From Candidatus Subterrananammoxibius californiae (GTDB lineage: Bacteria > Planctomycetota > Brocadiia > Brocadiales > Subterrananammoxibiaceae): a stretch of 64,000 bases of DNA. The notes beneath the pieces are model-generated. The model worked only from the letters and a program-made list of their open reading frames with translations, ran no database searches and was not told the origin of the DNA. Made by a program: the position numbers and the translations under genes. Below, in pieces: positions 9,850 through 19,200 of this stretch (its first letter is position 1; each line of letters starts with the position of its first letter). Location of the stretch: contig JAURAC010000015.1 in the NCBI GenBank assembly GCA_030586555.1, forward strand, positions 1-64,000, given 5' to 3'.

Positions 9850-10659
9850 TTATTTGCACCTAAAATTCACATTATTTACCTTCTCATAAGGGTTGTAAGG
9901 AAAGATTCCAATAAGGCGATGATGTGGATTACACCGTCCTCTCACAGACACACCGTACCAAATATCCCATGGATTATAGTCTAAGTTATCAAAGGTGTAA
10001 CAACCATTAATATCTGTTACAGCCTCTTCTACCTTGGACCTTTTGCTCCATTTTGGGATAAAATGCCACCCTGGATATACCCTCCATAAAATGACGGTCC
10101 TTCCTGCAAGCGGCTCCTTTGTTCTCCTTTTCGTCACCTGACCAGATATACATCCCCAAGGTCCACTATCAGGACACTGGCATATACAATTCTCATGAAC
10201 AGTTGGGTCTGTATCGTTGCAATCAGTGCAATCGAGAACATAACCTGACGGTGGTGTGCAAGCTTGGGTGCTATTATTTGGATTCCCATATCCATCCCCG
10301 TCTGCATCATTACAATAGGTATTCTTTACGCCTTCATCTGTTTGGTTATCACAATTATCGTCAACCCCATTGCACAGTTCAAATGCTCCGGGATGTATTT
10401 CAGGGTCGGCATCGTCACAATCAAGGTCATTGTCAACCCAACCCGGTGGCGGTGGTGGGCAAGCAAAATCCAATATATAGTTTGGATTACCATATCCATC
10501 TCCATCTTCATCCCTATAGTAAGCATACGCACATGTAGTCGTTGTCGTTGTAGTTGTGATTGTTGTGGTACCGTTTCTAATGTCGTAAGGAAAAACTTTG
10601 CAAGTACTCAGACTATATAACATCAGCAAAATTCCAAAAATAATCAGAATCTTTTTCAT
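9850..10659 (-). CDS. Secreted Cys/Asp-rich protein with MopE-like putative metal-binding repeats and a C-terminal beta-sandwich
   Basis: Signal peptide MKKILII after GAGGTG; DxDGDGYG x2; DCDDxDPxIHPGAxExCNGVDDNCD; poly-Thr and poly-Pro linkers. Confidence 0.75.
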   Translation of the reverse strand: MKKILIIFGILLMLYSLSTCKVFPYDIRNGTTTITTTTTTTTCAYAYYRDEDGDGYGNPNYILDFACPPPPPGWVDNDLDCDDADPEIHPGAFELCNGVDDNCDNQTDEGVKNTYCNDADGDGYGNPNNSTQACTPPSGYVLDCTDCNDTDPTVHENCICQCPDSGPWGCISGQVTKRRTKEPLAGRTVILWRVYPGWHFIPKWSKRSKVEEAVTDINGCYTFDNLDYNPWDIWYGVSVRGRCNPHHRLIGIFPYNPYEKVNNVNFRCK

Positions 10660-11015
10660 TTTAATCACCTCACTTTTTTGAAGTGTATTAACCACATACT
10701 CTTTAATCCCATCTTTATATAGGGGAAATTTGTGGAGCCATAGGGAAAAACAAAAGACCTACTCTTTAGAGAAAGAGAGAGAATATATTTGATATGTTCA
10801 TTGCCAACTATCCTTCCCTTTTTCAGAGTTCATGTATTGAACCAATACATCGGATTTTGAAAGAATTATACCATATTTTTTACTTTGTGCAATGAATCTT
10901 AAAAAAAATTTGAGCTTCTTCCCCACCTTAGGCGGGTCGGAATGACAAATATTCAATTTAATAGGGCAAATAATCAAAGACTCTCAACTCTTGACTCCCG
11001 ACTCTCAACTTGGGT

Positions 11016-12617
11016 TTATATTCTTTTAAAAAGCAAGAATTTTATGGCTGCCCATATTATTCCAAGCCCTTTTGCTGGCATAACGGTAACCACTAAAAGC
11101 CTGTCATCCTTAAAATGCTCTTTTACTGCACAGGTAATTTGCTCTGTTGAAATTTTATCTATTTCTTGAAGAAAGGTATCTATGGTAGGACAGACATTCC
11201 TGTCTGTCCTACCACTACTACCAGAAACACTCCAATGGATGTATATAGATGCCCTGAATTCATTACTCTCAAAATTAATCCTGAGCTTTCCAATGGTCTC
11301 GCTTTTTGCAATCGTCAATTCATCCTCCGATGTTGGAGTACTCTTCATCTTTTCAATCTCTGAAAGAACTATCTCCTCTAGCCTTTTTAAATTATCAGGA
11401 TGTGTGCCGATGACGAATCCCCAGATGCCAATGTCAGAAAGTGAAGCAAGCTCTTGCAAGCCAAAATCCTCCGCAGAAATAAAGAAATCGCTCAACCCTT
11501 CTTCCTTTAGCTTATGGTAGAGACGTGAATTTTTGCCGGGTCCGAGGATAGAGTAAAGTAACCGCATCGCATGCTTTTCTATGTCCTTTTCCCCATCCGT
11601 TCGCACAATCAAGGCAAAATAACCCTGTTTGGTAAGGGTTTTGAGCTTAATCCCCCTTTTTCCCCCTTTGTAAAAGGGGGATTTAGGGAGCTTGAAATGC
11701 GGTATTGAAAAGGATTTATCAGGTAAAGGGCTCTTTTCCTTATTAGAGAAAATCTTTTCTACCTCGCTTAAAGCAATTTCCGTATCTATTCCTCCCACGA
11801 TAACCACAGTCATGTTGTTGGGTATATAGTAGGTTTGGTAGAACTCTCTAATTCTGTCAAAACTGATTGTTTTTATGGACAAGGTTGTTCCAGCTATTGG
11901 ACGACCTAATGGGTTATCGGGAATCACCCTGTTAATAAGGCTGTAGTAGGCAATGGCGAAAGGATTATTCTTTGTAAAAGCTATCTCATGCAGGATAACC
12001 TTCTTTTCCAGATTGATACCCCTTCTATTAAAACATGGTTCAAGGACAAGCCTCGAAAGCCCTCCCAATACATTTTTAAACTCCGACGCAGGCGCTGTCA
12101 CGTAGTATCTTGTGTACTCAAAAGTGGTACTGCCATTAAGGATACCGCCTGATGACCTGATTTGATTAAAAATTTCATCCCTTTCTGCATCACATTGAAT
12201 TGCTGCCTCGTTATCGTATGGTGGCCACCAGTCCTCACGAAAAAGGATGTGCTCTATAAGATGCGAAATGCCGTTAAGACCTTCGGGTTCGTAACGAGAG
12301 CCTACGCTGACTATGATTGAGCAATGTACAGTAGTGCTTCCCGGTCTTTCATCCACAATAATCCGCAATCCATTTTTCGTGATAATCTCGGTAAGTTTGG
12401 ACGTGGGTTCTTCAGATAGCGTGCGTTGCGCTTCAATGCCAGACTGGCTGCGTGTCTCCTCACTAAAGACAGGCATCTCCCCCAGAGGGAGGAGGTAGAC
12501 AACGATGTTTATCATCGTTGAAATCAACGAACATAAAGTTCGTTGTCTACCGTTTCCCGATTTAAATAGGCATCCGAACAAAAAGGGCTTCGTAACTTTA
12601 CACGTATAGTTGTTCAT
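11016..12617 (-). CDS. M16 family (pitrilysin-like) zinc peptidase
   Basis: VGSRYE...GISHLIEH (HxxEH), NGSTT and YYIPNNM. The start is uncertain because the N-terminus contains a repeat. Confidence 0.88.
   Translation of the reverse strand: MNNYTCKVTKPFLFGCLFKSGNGRQRTLCSLISTMINIVVYLLPLGEMPVFSEETRSQSGIEAQRTLSEEPTSKLTEIITKNGLRIIVDERPGSTTVHCSIIVSVGSRYEPEGLNGISHLIEHILFREDWWPPYDNEAAIQCDAERDEIFNQIRSSGGILNGSTTFEYTRYYVTAPASEFKNVLGGLSRLVLEPCFNRRGINLEKKVILHEIAFTKNNPFAIAYYSLINRVIPDNPLGRPIAGTTLSIKTISFDRIREFYQTYYIPNNMTVVIVGGIDTEIALSEVEKIFSNKEKSPLPDKSFSIPHFKLPKSPFYKGGKRGIKLKTLTKQGYFALIVRTDGEKDIEKHAMRLLYSILGPGKNSRLYHKLKEEGLSDFFISAEDFGLQELASLSDIGIWGFVIGTHPDNLKRLEEIVLSEIEKMKSTPTSEDELTIAKSETIGKLRINFESNEFRASIYIHWSVSGSSGRTDRNVCPTIDTFLQEIDKISTEQITCAVKEHFKDDRLLVVTVMPAKGLGIIWAAIKFLLFKRI
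12494..12551. repeat. Family B REPIN-like element (GGTAGACAACGA...TCGTTGTCTACC, about 58 bp, two internal hairpins)
   Basis: Eight copies: 12494-12551, 14536-14593, 35481-35538, 45241-45303, 46540-46607, 52453-52509, 53028-53083 and 62612-62669. Confidence 0.92.
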
Positions 12618-12731
12618 TATTTTGTAGAATTGTAGTTTCTCAAAAATGTTTTGTCAATAATTAAGGAACGTGTTGATGAGCACTTTCCTTCGTAAAACCC
12701 ATGATAGGGCTGAATGGCAAGGCGAAAAAAC

Positions 12732-12760
12732 TTGACAGTACCTACATCTTTTGCTATCTT
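12732..12760 (+). promoter_or_regulatory. Candidate sigma70 promoter
   Basis: TTGACA-17 nt-TATCTT upstream of the gene at 12983. Confidence 0.45.
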
Positions 12761-12982
12761 TATACCCTATTAGTGTGGAAAATTATAGAATGTTTCAATT
12801 CGTCCAGGAAGAAGGTTTCATCAAAAGATTTAACCTTATGATTCTTACAACCCTCTGTTAAGAAATCAGTATCCAAAACTCTTTTATAAAAGGGAGGATA
12901 AAAAAGGAGGTGATGTGATGTATGGTAATAATAGATGTTGAATATTGACAAGGCACTTTTCTATAATAAAGGAGGTTAAGTC

Positions 12983-13699
12983 ATGAAATATAAAGAAAAT
13001 TTGAAGATTATTATCCTTGCTTTGTTGATAGTGTTGGGAACTACCGCATTTGCTGAGGCTCTGGAATGTAAAAAACGCGGATTCACAAAGGATTTCATGA
13101 TAGACCAGTGTAACTTTTCTAACATTGGTAGTAATCCTTTCTTCATTTTAGAACCCGGCTTCCAGCTCGTTCTTGAGGGCAAAGAGGAGGGGGAAGATGT
13201 TCGTCTTGAAATAACCGTTCTCGATGAAACGGAGACGGTCAATGGTGTTGTAACAAGGGTGGTCGAGGAGATAGAAACCAAGGGTGGTGAATTGGTCGAG
13301 GTCTCAAGAAATTTCTTCGCAATATGCAACGAGACCAACAGCGTTTTCTACCATGGTGAGACAACTGACATCTACGAAAATGGTGAGATTGTTAGTCACG
13401 AAGGAGCCTGGCGGGCAGGTGAAGACGGGGCGGAGCCGGGTATTATTATGCCTGGAACAATTCTTAAGGGTGCAAGATATTTCCAGGAAATGGCGCCTGA
13501 AGTTGCGATGGATAGGGCAGAAATAATATGCTTAGATGCGGTTTTAGAAACACCATACGACACGTTTGAAAATTGCCTGAAAACTGAAGAGACCACCCCT
13601 TTAGAGCCTGGTGCTAAAGATTTTAAATTCTATGCCTTTGGAATTGGCTTGATAAAAGACGGCACGTTATTATTGACAGGGGTCACTTTCCCCCCTTAG
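12983..13699 (+). CDS. Secreted hypothetical protein
   Basis: AAGGAGG RBS, signal peptide ending AFA-E, acidic beta-rich mature part. Confidence 0.75.
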   Translation: MKYKENLKIIILALLIVLGTTAFAEALECKKRGFTKDFMIDQCNFSNIGSNPFFILEPGFQLVLEGKEEGEDVRLEITVLDETETVNGVVTRVVEEIETKGGELVEVSRNFFAICNETNSVFYHGETTDIYENGEIVSHEGAWRAGEDGAEPGIIMPGTILKGARYFQEMAPEVAMDRAEIICLDAVLETPYDTFENCLKTEETTPLEPGAKDFKFYAFGIGLIKDGTLLLTGVTFPP

Positions 13700-13724
13700 T
13701 AAAGTATATGGTGTGCCGGTTATT

Positions 13725-13753
13725 GTAGGGGCAGGTTTGAAACCTGCCCCCAC
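13725..13753. repeat. Family C REP (GTAGGGGC...GCCCCTAC type)
   Basis: Related copies at 16161-16188, 17083-17140, 18382-18439, 30517-30573, 57387-57409, 57481-57508 and 59649-59676; GTAG variant at 11184-11213. Confidence 0.85.
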
Positions 13754-13878
13754 GTTACCATCCTTGCTTCCGGCACAATCGCGTATATCAATTGTTAAAT
13801 ATCAAAAATGTTTGGAACATCTTTTTGCTTTTTCTCTTGAAACTTTTTCCCTTTGTTAGTATCATTTAATGCGATAAT

Positions 13879-14037
13879 ATGAAGAAGATTTCCTCCCACC
13901 AAAAGGACGGCGGACTTACAAAAAAGTTTAAGGTGATACTCGGGATTGTAGTTGGTATTAATATCATCGCAATTGTGTTTTTCCTAATCTGGATTACAAT
14001 TAACTTAAATTCAGTCTTCAGCAACCTCGGTTTATGA
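13879..14037 (+). CDS. Small single-TM membrane protein (52 aa), absent from the ORF track
   Basis: MKKISSHQKDGGLTKKFKVILGIVVGINIIAIVFFLIWITINLNSVFSNLGL*. Its TGA overlaps the next ATG (ATGA at 14034-14037). Confidence 0.55.
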   Translation: MKKISSHQKDGGLTKKFKVILGIVVGINIIAIVFFLIWITINLNSVFSNLGL

Positions 14038-14516
14038 TAAAAGCCGCAACTACGAAATTTCAAAGCAAGCCCTTCATCCTTTTTTTCCTTGTTGTTTTTT
14101 GTCTTGCAGGATTAGAGACACAGACTGCTTTACTGCAAACAAGGTCTTTTAATCCCCTATTTCTCCCTTTAGTAAAGGGGGAGACATCGGGGTTATCTTT
14201 TCCCTGCCAGGGCCATGGTTGCGGGTGTAACGATGTGGATGATTGTAGAAACCACTGCTGCTGTTTCAAAACCGCATTGTCAGATGTGTCTGTGAAAGCA
14301 GGTATTTCTTATTTTACAAAAACCCTTCATTGTCGAGGTGTTCATACAAATATTCCTATCAGTCACCTTACACAATATGAGCCTCTTGCATTGTTAAAAG
14401 CACGTTTTGGGGACGTCCTTCTAACCATCCTGCCAACGCATCGGGTCAAAAAGCCATCAGAGCCATGTCTATCGCCTCCTTACAATCCACCGGAAAAATA
14501 CCTTCTTAACGCTTAG
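14034..14516 (+). CDS. Cys-rich exported protein with a Pro-rich C-terminus (DUF2946/CruR-like architecture)
   Basis: Hydrophobic N-terminus, CQGHGCGCNDVDDCRNHCCC, and C-terminal PPYNPPE. Confidence 0.55.
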   Translation: MIKAATTKFQSKPFILFFLVVFCLAGLETQTALLQTRSFNPLFLPLVKGETSGLSFPCQGHGCGCNDVDDCRNHCCCFKTALSDVSVKAGISYFTKTLHCRGVHTNIPISHLTQYEPLALLKARFGDVLLTILPTHRVKKPSEPCLSPPYNPPEKYLLNA

Positions 14517-14630
14517 CTCATACCGCATATCTAAAGGTAGACAACGAACTTTATGTTCGTTGAAGTCAACGAGGTAAAACCTCATTGTCTACCGCCGTAC
14601 TATTGCTATTTTAAAGAAAGGGGAAAAAGC

Positions 14631-15620
14631 ATGAAGGTATTTGTCAGGAATACAGGATGGGTTGTAGCTATTGTAGTTATTATACGTCTAATTTTTTTTC
14701 AGATCCCAGCTGCCTTAGCCAATCATGGAGCGGGGACATCGGGAGGCGGTGCAACTACCGTTTCAGCAATTACTCAAAAAGAAAGAACGTTTGCCATAGG
14801 TTTTCGCTCTGAGTACACGGAATTTGAGCATATTGGAGCTTCAAAGTTATTAAGGCTGGGGGAAGAAACTGGAGATTTTGATGCCGTTGACAGGGCGTTT
14901 TTCAACTCAATAGAGGCTGCTTATGGAGTAACGGATGATTTTACGCTTGGCTTATCGCTCGGATGGTTTGAGGCAAATAATTTCCGTGTGGCTGAAGTTA
15001 GCGAAGAAGACCCCGAAGAGATAGAAAGACTGCGGGGAAATCCTGATGGTCTTACAGACCTCTGGCTCTTTGGAAAGTATCGGGTTTATAGAGGTCTACA
15101 GGGACACGTGTCTTTTCTCGGCGGGGTAAAGTTTCCAACTGGAAGGGATGATGCAAAACTTAATAACGGGGAAAAGATAGAGGCAGTCGAGCAGCCGGGC
15201 AGCGGCTCTTACGATTTTGCCATTGGCATTGCCTATTCCCGCTGGCTTACAGAGCGTTGTACTATGGATAGTAACATACAATACATTTTTAGAACGGAAG
15301 GCGCGCGTGATTTTGAAATTGGCGATAGATTCGATGCCAACGTGGCTATTGGGTATCCGCTCACGCCCATCAAGAACTATCCAAACTGCTCTGTTGCCGG
15401 GGAACTTAACTTAAGGCATCTTCTTAAGGACGAGATTGATGGCGATAAGGAGAAGAACAGCGGCGGAACCACGCTCTTCTTTTCACCAGGCATTAGAGCA
15501 GGCATCACGCGGCGGTTAAGCGCGGGTCTTTCTGTTCCGCTCCCGATATATCAGCACGTTAATGGCAAACAGCAGGAGACTGACTTTAAAATCGTCCTTG
15601 GCATTGGTTATACTTTTTAA
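14631..15620 (+). CDS. Outer-membrane beta-barrel transporter (Phenol_MetA_deg-like family)
   Basis: Signal peptide ALA-NHG, GxxDxxLxGKYR, GVKFPTG, QPGSGSYD and terminal GYTF. The real start follows an AAGGGG RBS; the longer ORF runs into a repeat. Confidence 0.75.
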   Translation: MKVFVRNTGWVVAIVVIIRLIFFQIPAALANHGAGTSGGGATTVSAITQKERTFAIGFRSEYTEFEHIGASKLLRLGEETGDFDAVDRAFFNSIEAAYGVTDDFTLGLSLGWFEANNFRVAEVSEEDPEEIERLRGNPDGLTDLWLFGKYRVYRGLQGHVSFLGGVKFPTGRDDAKLNNGEKIEAVEQPGSGSYDFAIGIAYSRWLTERCTMDSNIQYIFRTEGARDFEIGDRFDANVAIGYPLTPIKNYPNCSVAGELNLRHLLKDEIDGDKEKNSGGTTLFFSPGIRAGITRRLSAGLSVPLPIYQHVNGKQQETDFKIVLGIGYTF

Positions 15621-15682
15621 TGATTGAGGGTTTTCAGATTGCGGAGTTATTCCGCATTCGGGGGGAGGGGAGGTAAAGTATT

Positions 15683-16126
15683 ATGTTTTTAAAAAGAATC
15701 TTGTTAGGAGTAATAATTTTGTTTATGACGGGATGTAGCAGCACGCAAACTTCCATGCCTGTCCAAGGTGGCGGAAAGTATAGCCCACGCGTTGTTGACC
15801 CTGTTTGTGCTTATTATGCAGACATGGGCTGTATACTTATCGTTGTGGATGATTCAACACTCAGAAGCGTTTACAACGGAGGTACCTACTATTTTTGTAG
15901 CGCGGAATGTAAAGAGGATTTCGATAAGCATCCAGAGAAATTCATGAGAAAGGTCGAAAAAGCCCCCAAAGGCTCTGTAGACCCTGTATGCAAGGCGCCA
16001 GTTGATACCATGGATAGCCCCTCAAGCTGTCTTGATAATGGCGGGAAGGTCTTCTTTTGCTCTGCCCACTGCCGCTCGAAATATCTAACATCACCTGAGC
16101 GATACCGTGGTGTTCCGTCGCCTTAG
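15683..16126 (+). CDS. Lipoprotein with two YHS/TRASH domains
   Basis: Lipobox MTGC; DPVC...YYFCSxxC and DPVC...FFCSxxC. Confidence 0.85.
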   Translation: MFLKRILLGVIILFMTGCSSTQTSMPVQGGGKYSPRVVDPVCAYYADMGCILIVVDDSTLRSVYNGGTYYFCSAECKEDFDKHPEKFMRKVEKAPKGSVDPVCKAPVDTMDSPSSCLDNGGKVFFCSAHCRSKYLTSPERYRGVPSP

Positions 16127-16309
16127 GCTAAGGACACCCTGGGAAGTAACGAGTATTATGGTAGGGGCGTATCTCGATACGCCCCTACAAATAAATAACT
16201 GGACCTGTCTGCCTGGTTCGAATCTATGCTCCCCATCCATCCTTCGCCGAGGCAAGACAAATTGGATACGAAAAATGTGGAAAGTGCTTCTAATACTCCC
16301 AAATATCCA

Positions 16310-16338
16310 TTGACAAGTATGCATCCAAGATGCATAAT
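16310..16338 (+). promoter_or_regulatory. vapBC promoter with overlapping operator
   Basis: TTGACA-17-CATAAT; perfect inverted repeat TATGCATC-caa-GATGCATA at 16318-16336. Confidence 0.75.
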
Positions 16339-16381
16339 AATACATATAAAGTTTGCATATTGAATTGAAAGGATTAAATCT

Positions 16382-16594
16382 ATGAGAACGACATTAAATA
16401 TAGAAGACGAATTGCTTAAGAAGGCATCAAAATTAACCGGGATTAAGGAGAAGACATATCTGGTCAAGCTTGGTTTGAAAACCTTGATTGCCAGGGAAAG
16501 CAGTAAAAAGCTTGCTAAATTGGGTGGAACTGAAAAGAAATTAACCACGGTGCCTCGTAGAAGGACATTAAACAAATATGATGATTCTTGTTGA
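16382..16594 (+). CDS. vapB: VapB antitoxin
   Basis: MRTTLNIEDELL..A RHH-type start; overlaps the PIN toxin gene. Confidence 0.88.
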   Translation: MRTTLNIEDELLKKASKLTGIKEKTYLVKLGLKTLIARESSKKLAKLGGTEKKLTTVPRRRTLNKYDDSC

Positions 16595-16946
16595 CACTTC
16601 AATATGGGTGTTACACCTGCAAAAAGGGCATGTTAAGCTTGAAAAGTTATTGAATGACGGCGACGTTGTCTGTCATCCGTTTATTGTAGGTGAACTTGCC
16701 TGCGGGAATCTGAGGAACAGACTTGAAATACTTTCTCTCCTTCAAGCGCTACCCATGACGACACAGGCAGAACATGAAGATGTTATGCAATTCATAGAGA
16801 ATTATGGATTGATGGGAAAAGGATTAGGTTACGTTGATATGCATTTGCTTGCTTCGGCTTTATTGACTGAGGTTCCAATCTGGACACTTGATAAAAAACT
16901 CGATGAAGTCTCGAAAGAACTTGGAATCGGTTTTAATAAAAAATAA
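16578..16946 (+). CDS. vapC: VapC PIN-domain toxin
   Basis: ILVDTSIW, HPFIVGELACG, VDMHLLAS and WTLDK. Confidence 0.9.
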   Translation: MMILVDTSIWVLHLQKGHVKLEKLLNDGDVVCHPFIVGELACGNLRNRLEILSLLQALPMTTQAEHEDVMQFIENYGLMGKGLGYVDMHLLASALLTEVPIWTLDKKLDEVSKELGIGFNKK

Positions 16947-17073
16947 GGTCAAGCCTGATAATTTTTGAAAAAAAGAGTTGGGTTTATAAATGAAGGCTCC
17001 TGCGAAAGGCAGAAAAATACTGCAACCTGTCATGCTGAACCTGAAACACGTTCAGGGTGATAATTGAACCAAC

Positions 17074-17180
17074 AACAAAATTGTAGGGGCAGACCTATGT
17101 GTCTGCCCCAAAAAGGGCGAACACGCAGGTTCGCCCCTACATCCTCCCCCCAAGGGGAGAGGGATGGATGAGGGGTGACA
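17074..17180. repeat. About 107-bp composite repeat (family C doublet plus CCC/GGG hairpin), left copy
   Basis: Near-identical direct copy at 18373-18479. Confidence 0.92.
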
Positions 17181-17281
17181 AGACTATACCTTCTCAGGAT
17201 GTTCAAATTTATATTCCGCTCATCATGCTTCCTGATTAAAATCCTTGCCATACGAGTGTGGATTTTTCTTTAACACCCCCC

Positions 17282-17329
17282 TTGACAAACCTTCTAAATA
17301 TGTTACACTTGTAACTGATATGTTACAAG
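17282..17329 (+). promoter_or_regulatory. Promoter and operator of the MNT-HEPN module
   Basis: TTGACA-16-TACACT with extended TG; inverted repeat CTTGTAAC-n6-GTTACAAG at 17308-17329, running into the AAGGAGG RBS. Confidence 0.7.
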
Positions 17330-17338
17330 GAGGCTTAT

Positions 17339-17947
17339 ATGAAATTTCATGTTTCACCATTGGATGTACTAAACTCTAAAACAAAAGTAAAAATTATAAA
17401 ATTTCTGTTAACCCACGAAGCTTCTATGAGCGAAAGGGAAATAGCATCTGTTTTAAAAGTTTCTCACATGAGTGTAAACAGGACTATGCGAGAACTTGCT
17501 GATATGAATTTTGTGAACTTCATTACTGCTGGAAAAGCCCACTTATGGAGGGTAAATCGTAAAAGCTATGCCTTCAAAACTTTATCTGAATTGATTAAGG
17601 GTATTTTGAGTATCAAAGAACCTCTAAAAGAACTGAAAAAGACCCTCTCGAAAAATTTACCCAAACCTCTAATTAGAAAAGTGGTTTTGTTTGGCTCCGT
17701 TGTGAAAGGAATAGAAAGGGCAGATAGCGATATAGACGTTTTCGTCCTGGTTAGAGATATACAGAGTAGAAGAAAGATTGAATCCGCAATAGATGAATTA
17801 TCAAATGTATGCCTTGAGGTCTATGGAAACAGATTAGCCCCTTACATCTTAACGGAACAAGAAATGAAGCAAAAGAAAAATTTAAGTATAATTTCTGAAG
17901 TTAACAATGGCATCCAAATCTTTCCAAAGGATGGGCATAAATTATAA
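17339..17947 (+). CDS. HTH-fused minimal nucleotidyltransferase (MntA-like antitoxin)
   Basis: N-terminal winged HTH (SEREIA...SHMSV); LFGS-x10-DID motif. Confidence 0.85.
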   Translation: MKFHVSPLDVLNSKTKVKIIKFLLTHEASMSEREIASVLKVSHMSVNRTMRELADMNFVNFITAGKAHLWRVNRKSYAFKTLSELIKGILSIKEPLKELKKTLSKNLPKPLIRKVVLFGSVVKGIERADSDIDVFVLVRDIQSRRKIESAIDELSNVCLEVYGNRLAPYILTEQEMKQKKNLSIISEVNNGIQIFPKDGHKL

Positions 17948-18348
17948 CCCCAAAATTCAGAACGAAGGACGTTGCAAAGTCATTCTATATCAACTACCTC
18001 ATGCGAGCTGAAGAATGTTTACATGCAGCAAGAAATTCCTTTAACAAGCAGGAATGGAACGCAGCAACCATTAACGCTATCCACTCCTGTATAGCAGCAT
18101 GTGATGCCATGTGCGTATATTTTCTGGGCAGACGTCATGCAGGAGAAAACCATAATGATGCTGTAACTCTTTTCAAAACAATCAAAAGCGGTGAGGAAAT
18201 AAATACAAATGCAAATAGAATTGCAAGAGTACTTAGTATTAAGAATATAGCAGAGTATGAAGAAAGGCTTGTTTATAAATCCGAGGCTGAAAAGGTTCTA
18301 AAGGACTGTGAAAGATTCTTTGAGTATGTTAAAAAGGTGTTACCTTAA
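17944..18348 (+). CDS. HEPN-domain protein (putative toxin)
   Basis: Helical HEPN pattern (A..NAIHS.IAA.DA, H..A, KNIAEY). The frame is open upstream of ATG 18001 back to ATA 17944, which overlaps the upstream stop. Confidence 0.75.
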   Translation: MTPKFRTKDVAKSFYINYLMRAEECLHAARNSFNKQEWNAATINAIHSCIAACDAMCVYFLGRRHAGENHNDAVTLFKTIKSGEEINTNANRIARVLSIKNIAEYEERLVYKSEAEKVLKDCERFFEYVKKVLP

Positions 18349-18372
18349 TATAGGATAGATTTAAGGAAAGCT

Positions 18373-18479
18373 AACAAAATTGTAGGGGCAGACCTATGTG
18401 TCTGCCCCAAAAAGGGCGAACACGCAGGTTCGCCCCTACATCCTCTCCCCCAAGGGGAGAGGGAAGGGTGAGGGGGACA
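18373..18479. repeat. About 107-bp composite repeat, right copy
   Basis: Direct repeat of 17074-17180. Confidence 0.92.
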
Positions 18480-18505
18480 CGCTCATGCTTTTTCACTTAG
18501 AAATC

Positions 18506-19099
18506 TCAAGGATTCGCCTTATTGGGAAATTCATAAATAAATTTTAAAAGCATTTCTATAAAGGTAATAATTTCTATTGCGTCATTTTTAGACATAATAA
18601 CTATTTCATGATTTGCCTCATTACCTTTTTGTCTTATTTTATCAACCCACTGCTTACTGCCCGGCGGTGCATAATGCTTGCTTAATAAATAGTCAACATA
18701 CTCGACAAATTTTAGATTTTCTTGAGCCCCTTTTTCAATAGCTATATGCATAAGAAGTTTTCTGCATGCCATCACCGCCGCAGTAAATGCTTCTTGGGAA
18801 GTAACCTTTCTTATCTCATCATAAAGCAGTGCAATTTCTTGGGGCAGATGATCAATATTACTACCTATGCGCACACCCGGAATCTGTGAACCCCAATGAT
18901 CAAAAAAAGTCGGACAATTACAAATGGGACAAATGTACATAAAGGCAAAAGGTGTCCCTGATAGTTTATCTTTATAAAACCAACCCTTGTTAGACCCTAC
19001 TTCCCTTCCGCAGCCAGAATGACCACATGTATAATCTTTTGTATAACTAAAGGGTTCATGCGATAAATTTAATAAATCTAACCACTCGCCTTTATGCAT
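18506..19099 (-). CDS. DUF4145-like (HEPN superfamily) protein with N-terminal Zn-ribbon
   Basis: CxxxxC and CxxC motifs; 'A.TAAVMACRKLL' and 'IRQKGNEANHE'. Confidence 0.75.
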   Translation of the reverse strand: MHKGEWLDLLNLSHEPFSYTKDYTCGHSGCGREVGSNKGWFYKDKLSGTPFAFMYICPICNCPTFFDHWGSQIPGVRIGSNIDHLPQEIALLYDEIRKVTSQEAFTAAVMACRKLLMHIAIEKGAQENLKFVEYVDYLLSKHYAPPGSKQWVDKIRQKGNEANHEIVIMSKNDAIEIITFIEMLLKFIYEFPNKANP

Positions 19100-19200
19100 A
19101 TTTTTATTAATCGCTTACAAATTTTGTAATAGATATTCTTTGTTAGTTCATTTACCCTTTGTAGATTTTCAACATCTGACAATACACGCAAAGACCCATA

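Noticed and set aside
12945..12967. TTGACA...TATAAT perfect promoter match
   Set aside because: The spacer is only 11 nt. TTGAAT at 12938 gives a workable 18-nt spacing but is weak evidence.
14553..14630. Longer starts for ORFs at 14553, 46538 and 58054
   Set aside because: The extensions are translations of repeat elements; downstream ATGs fit the families better.
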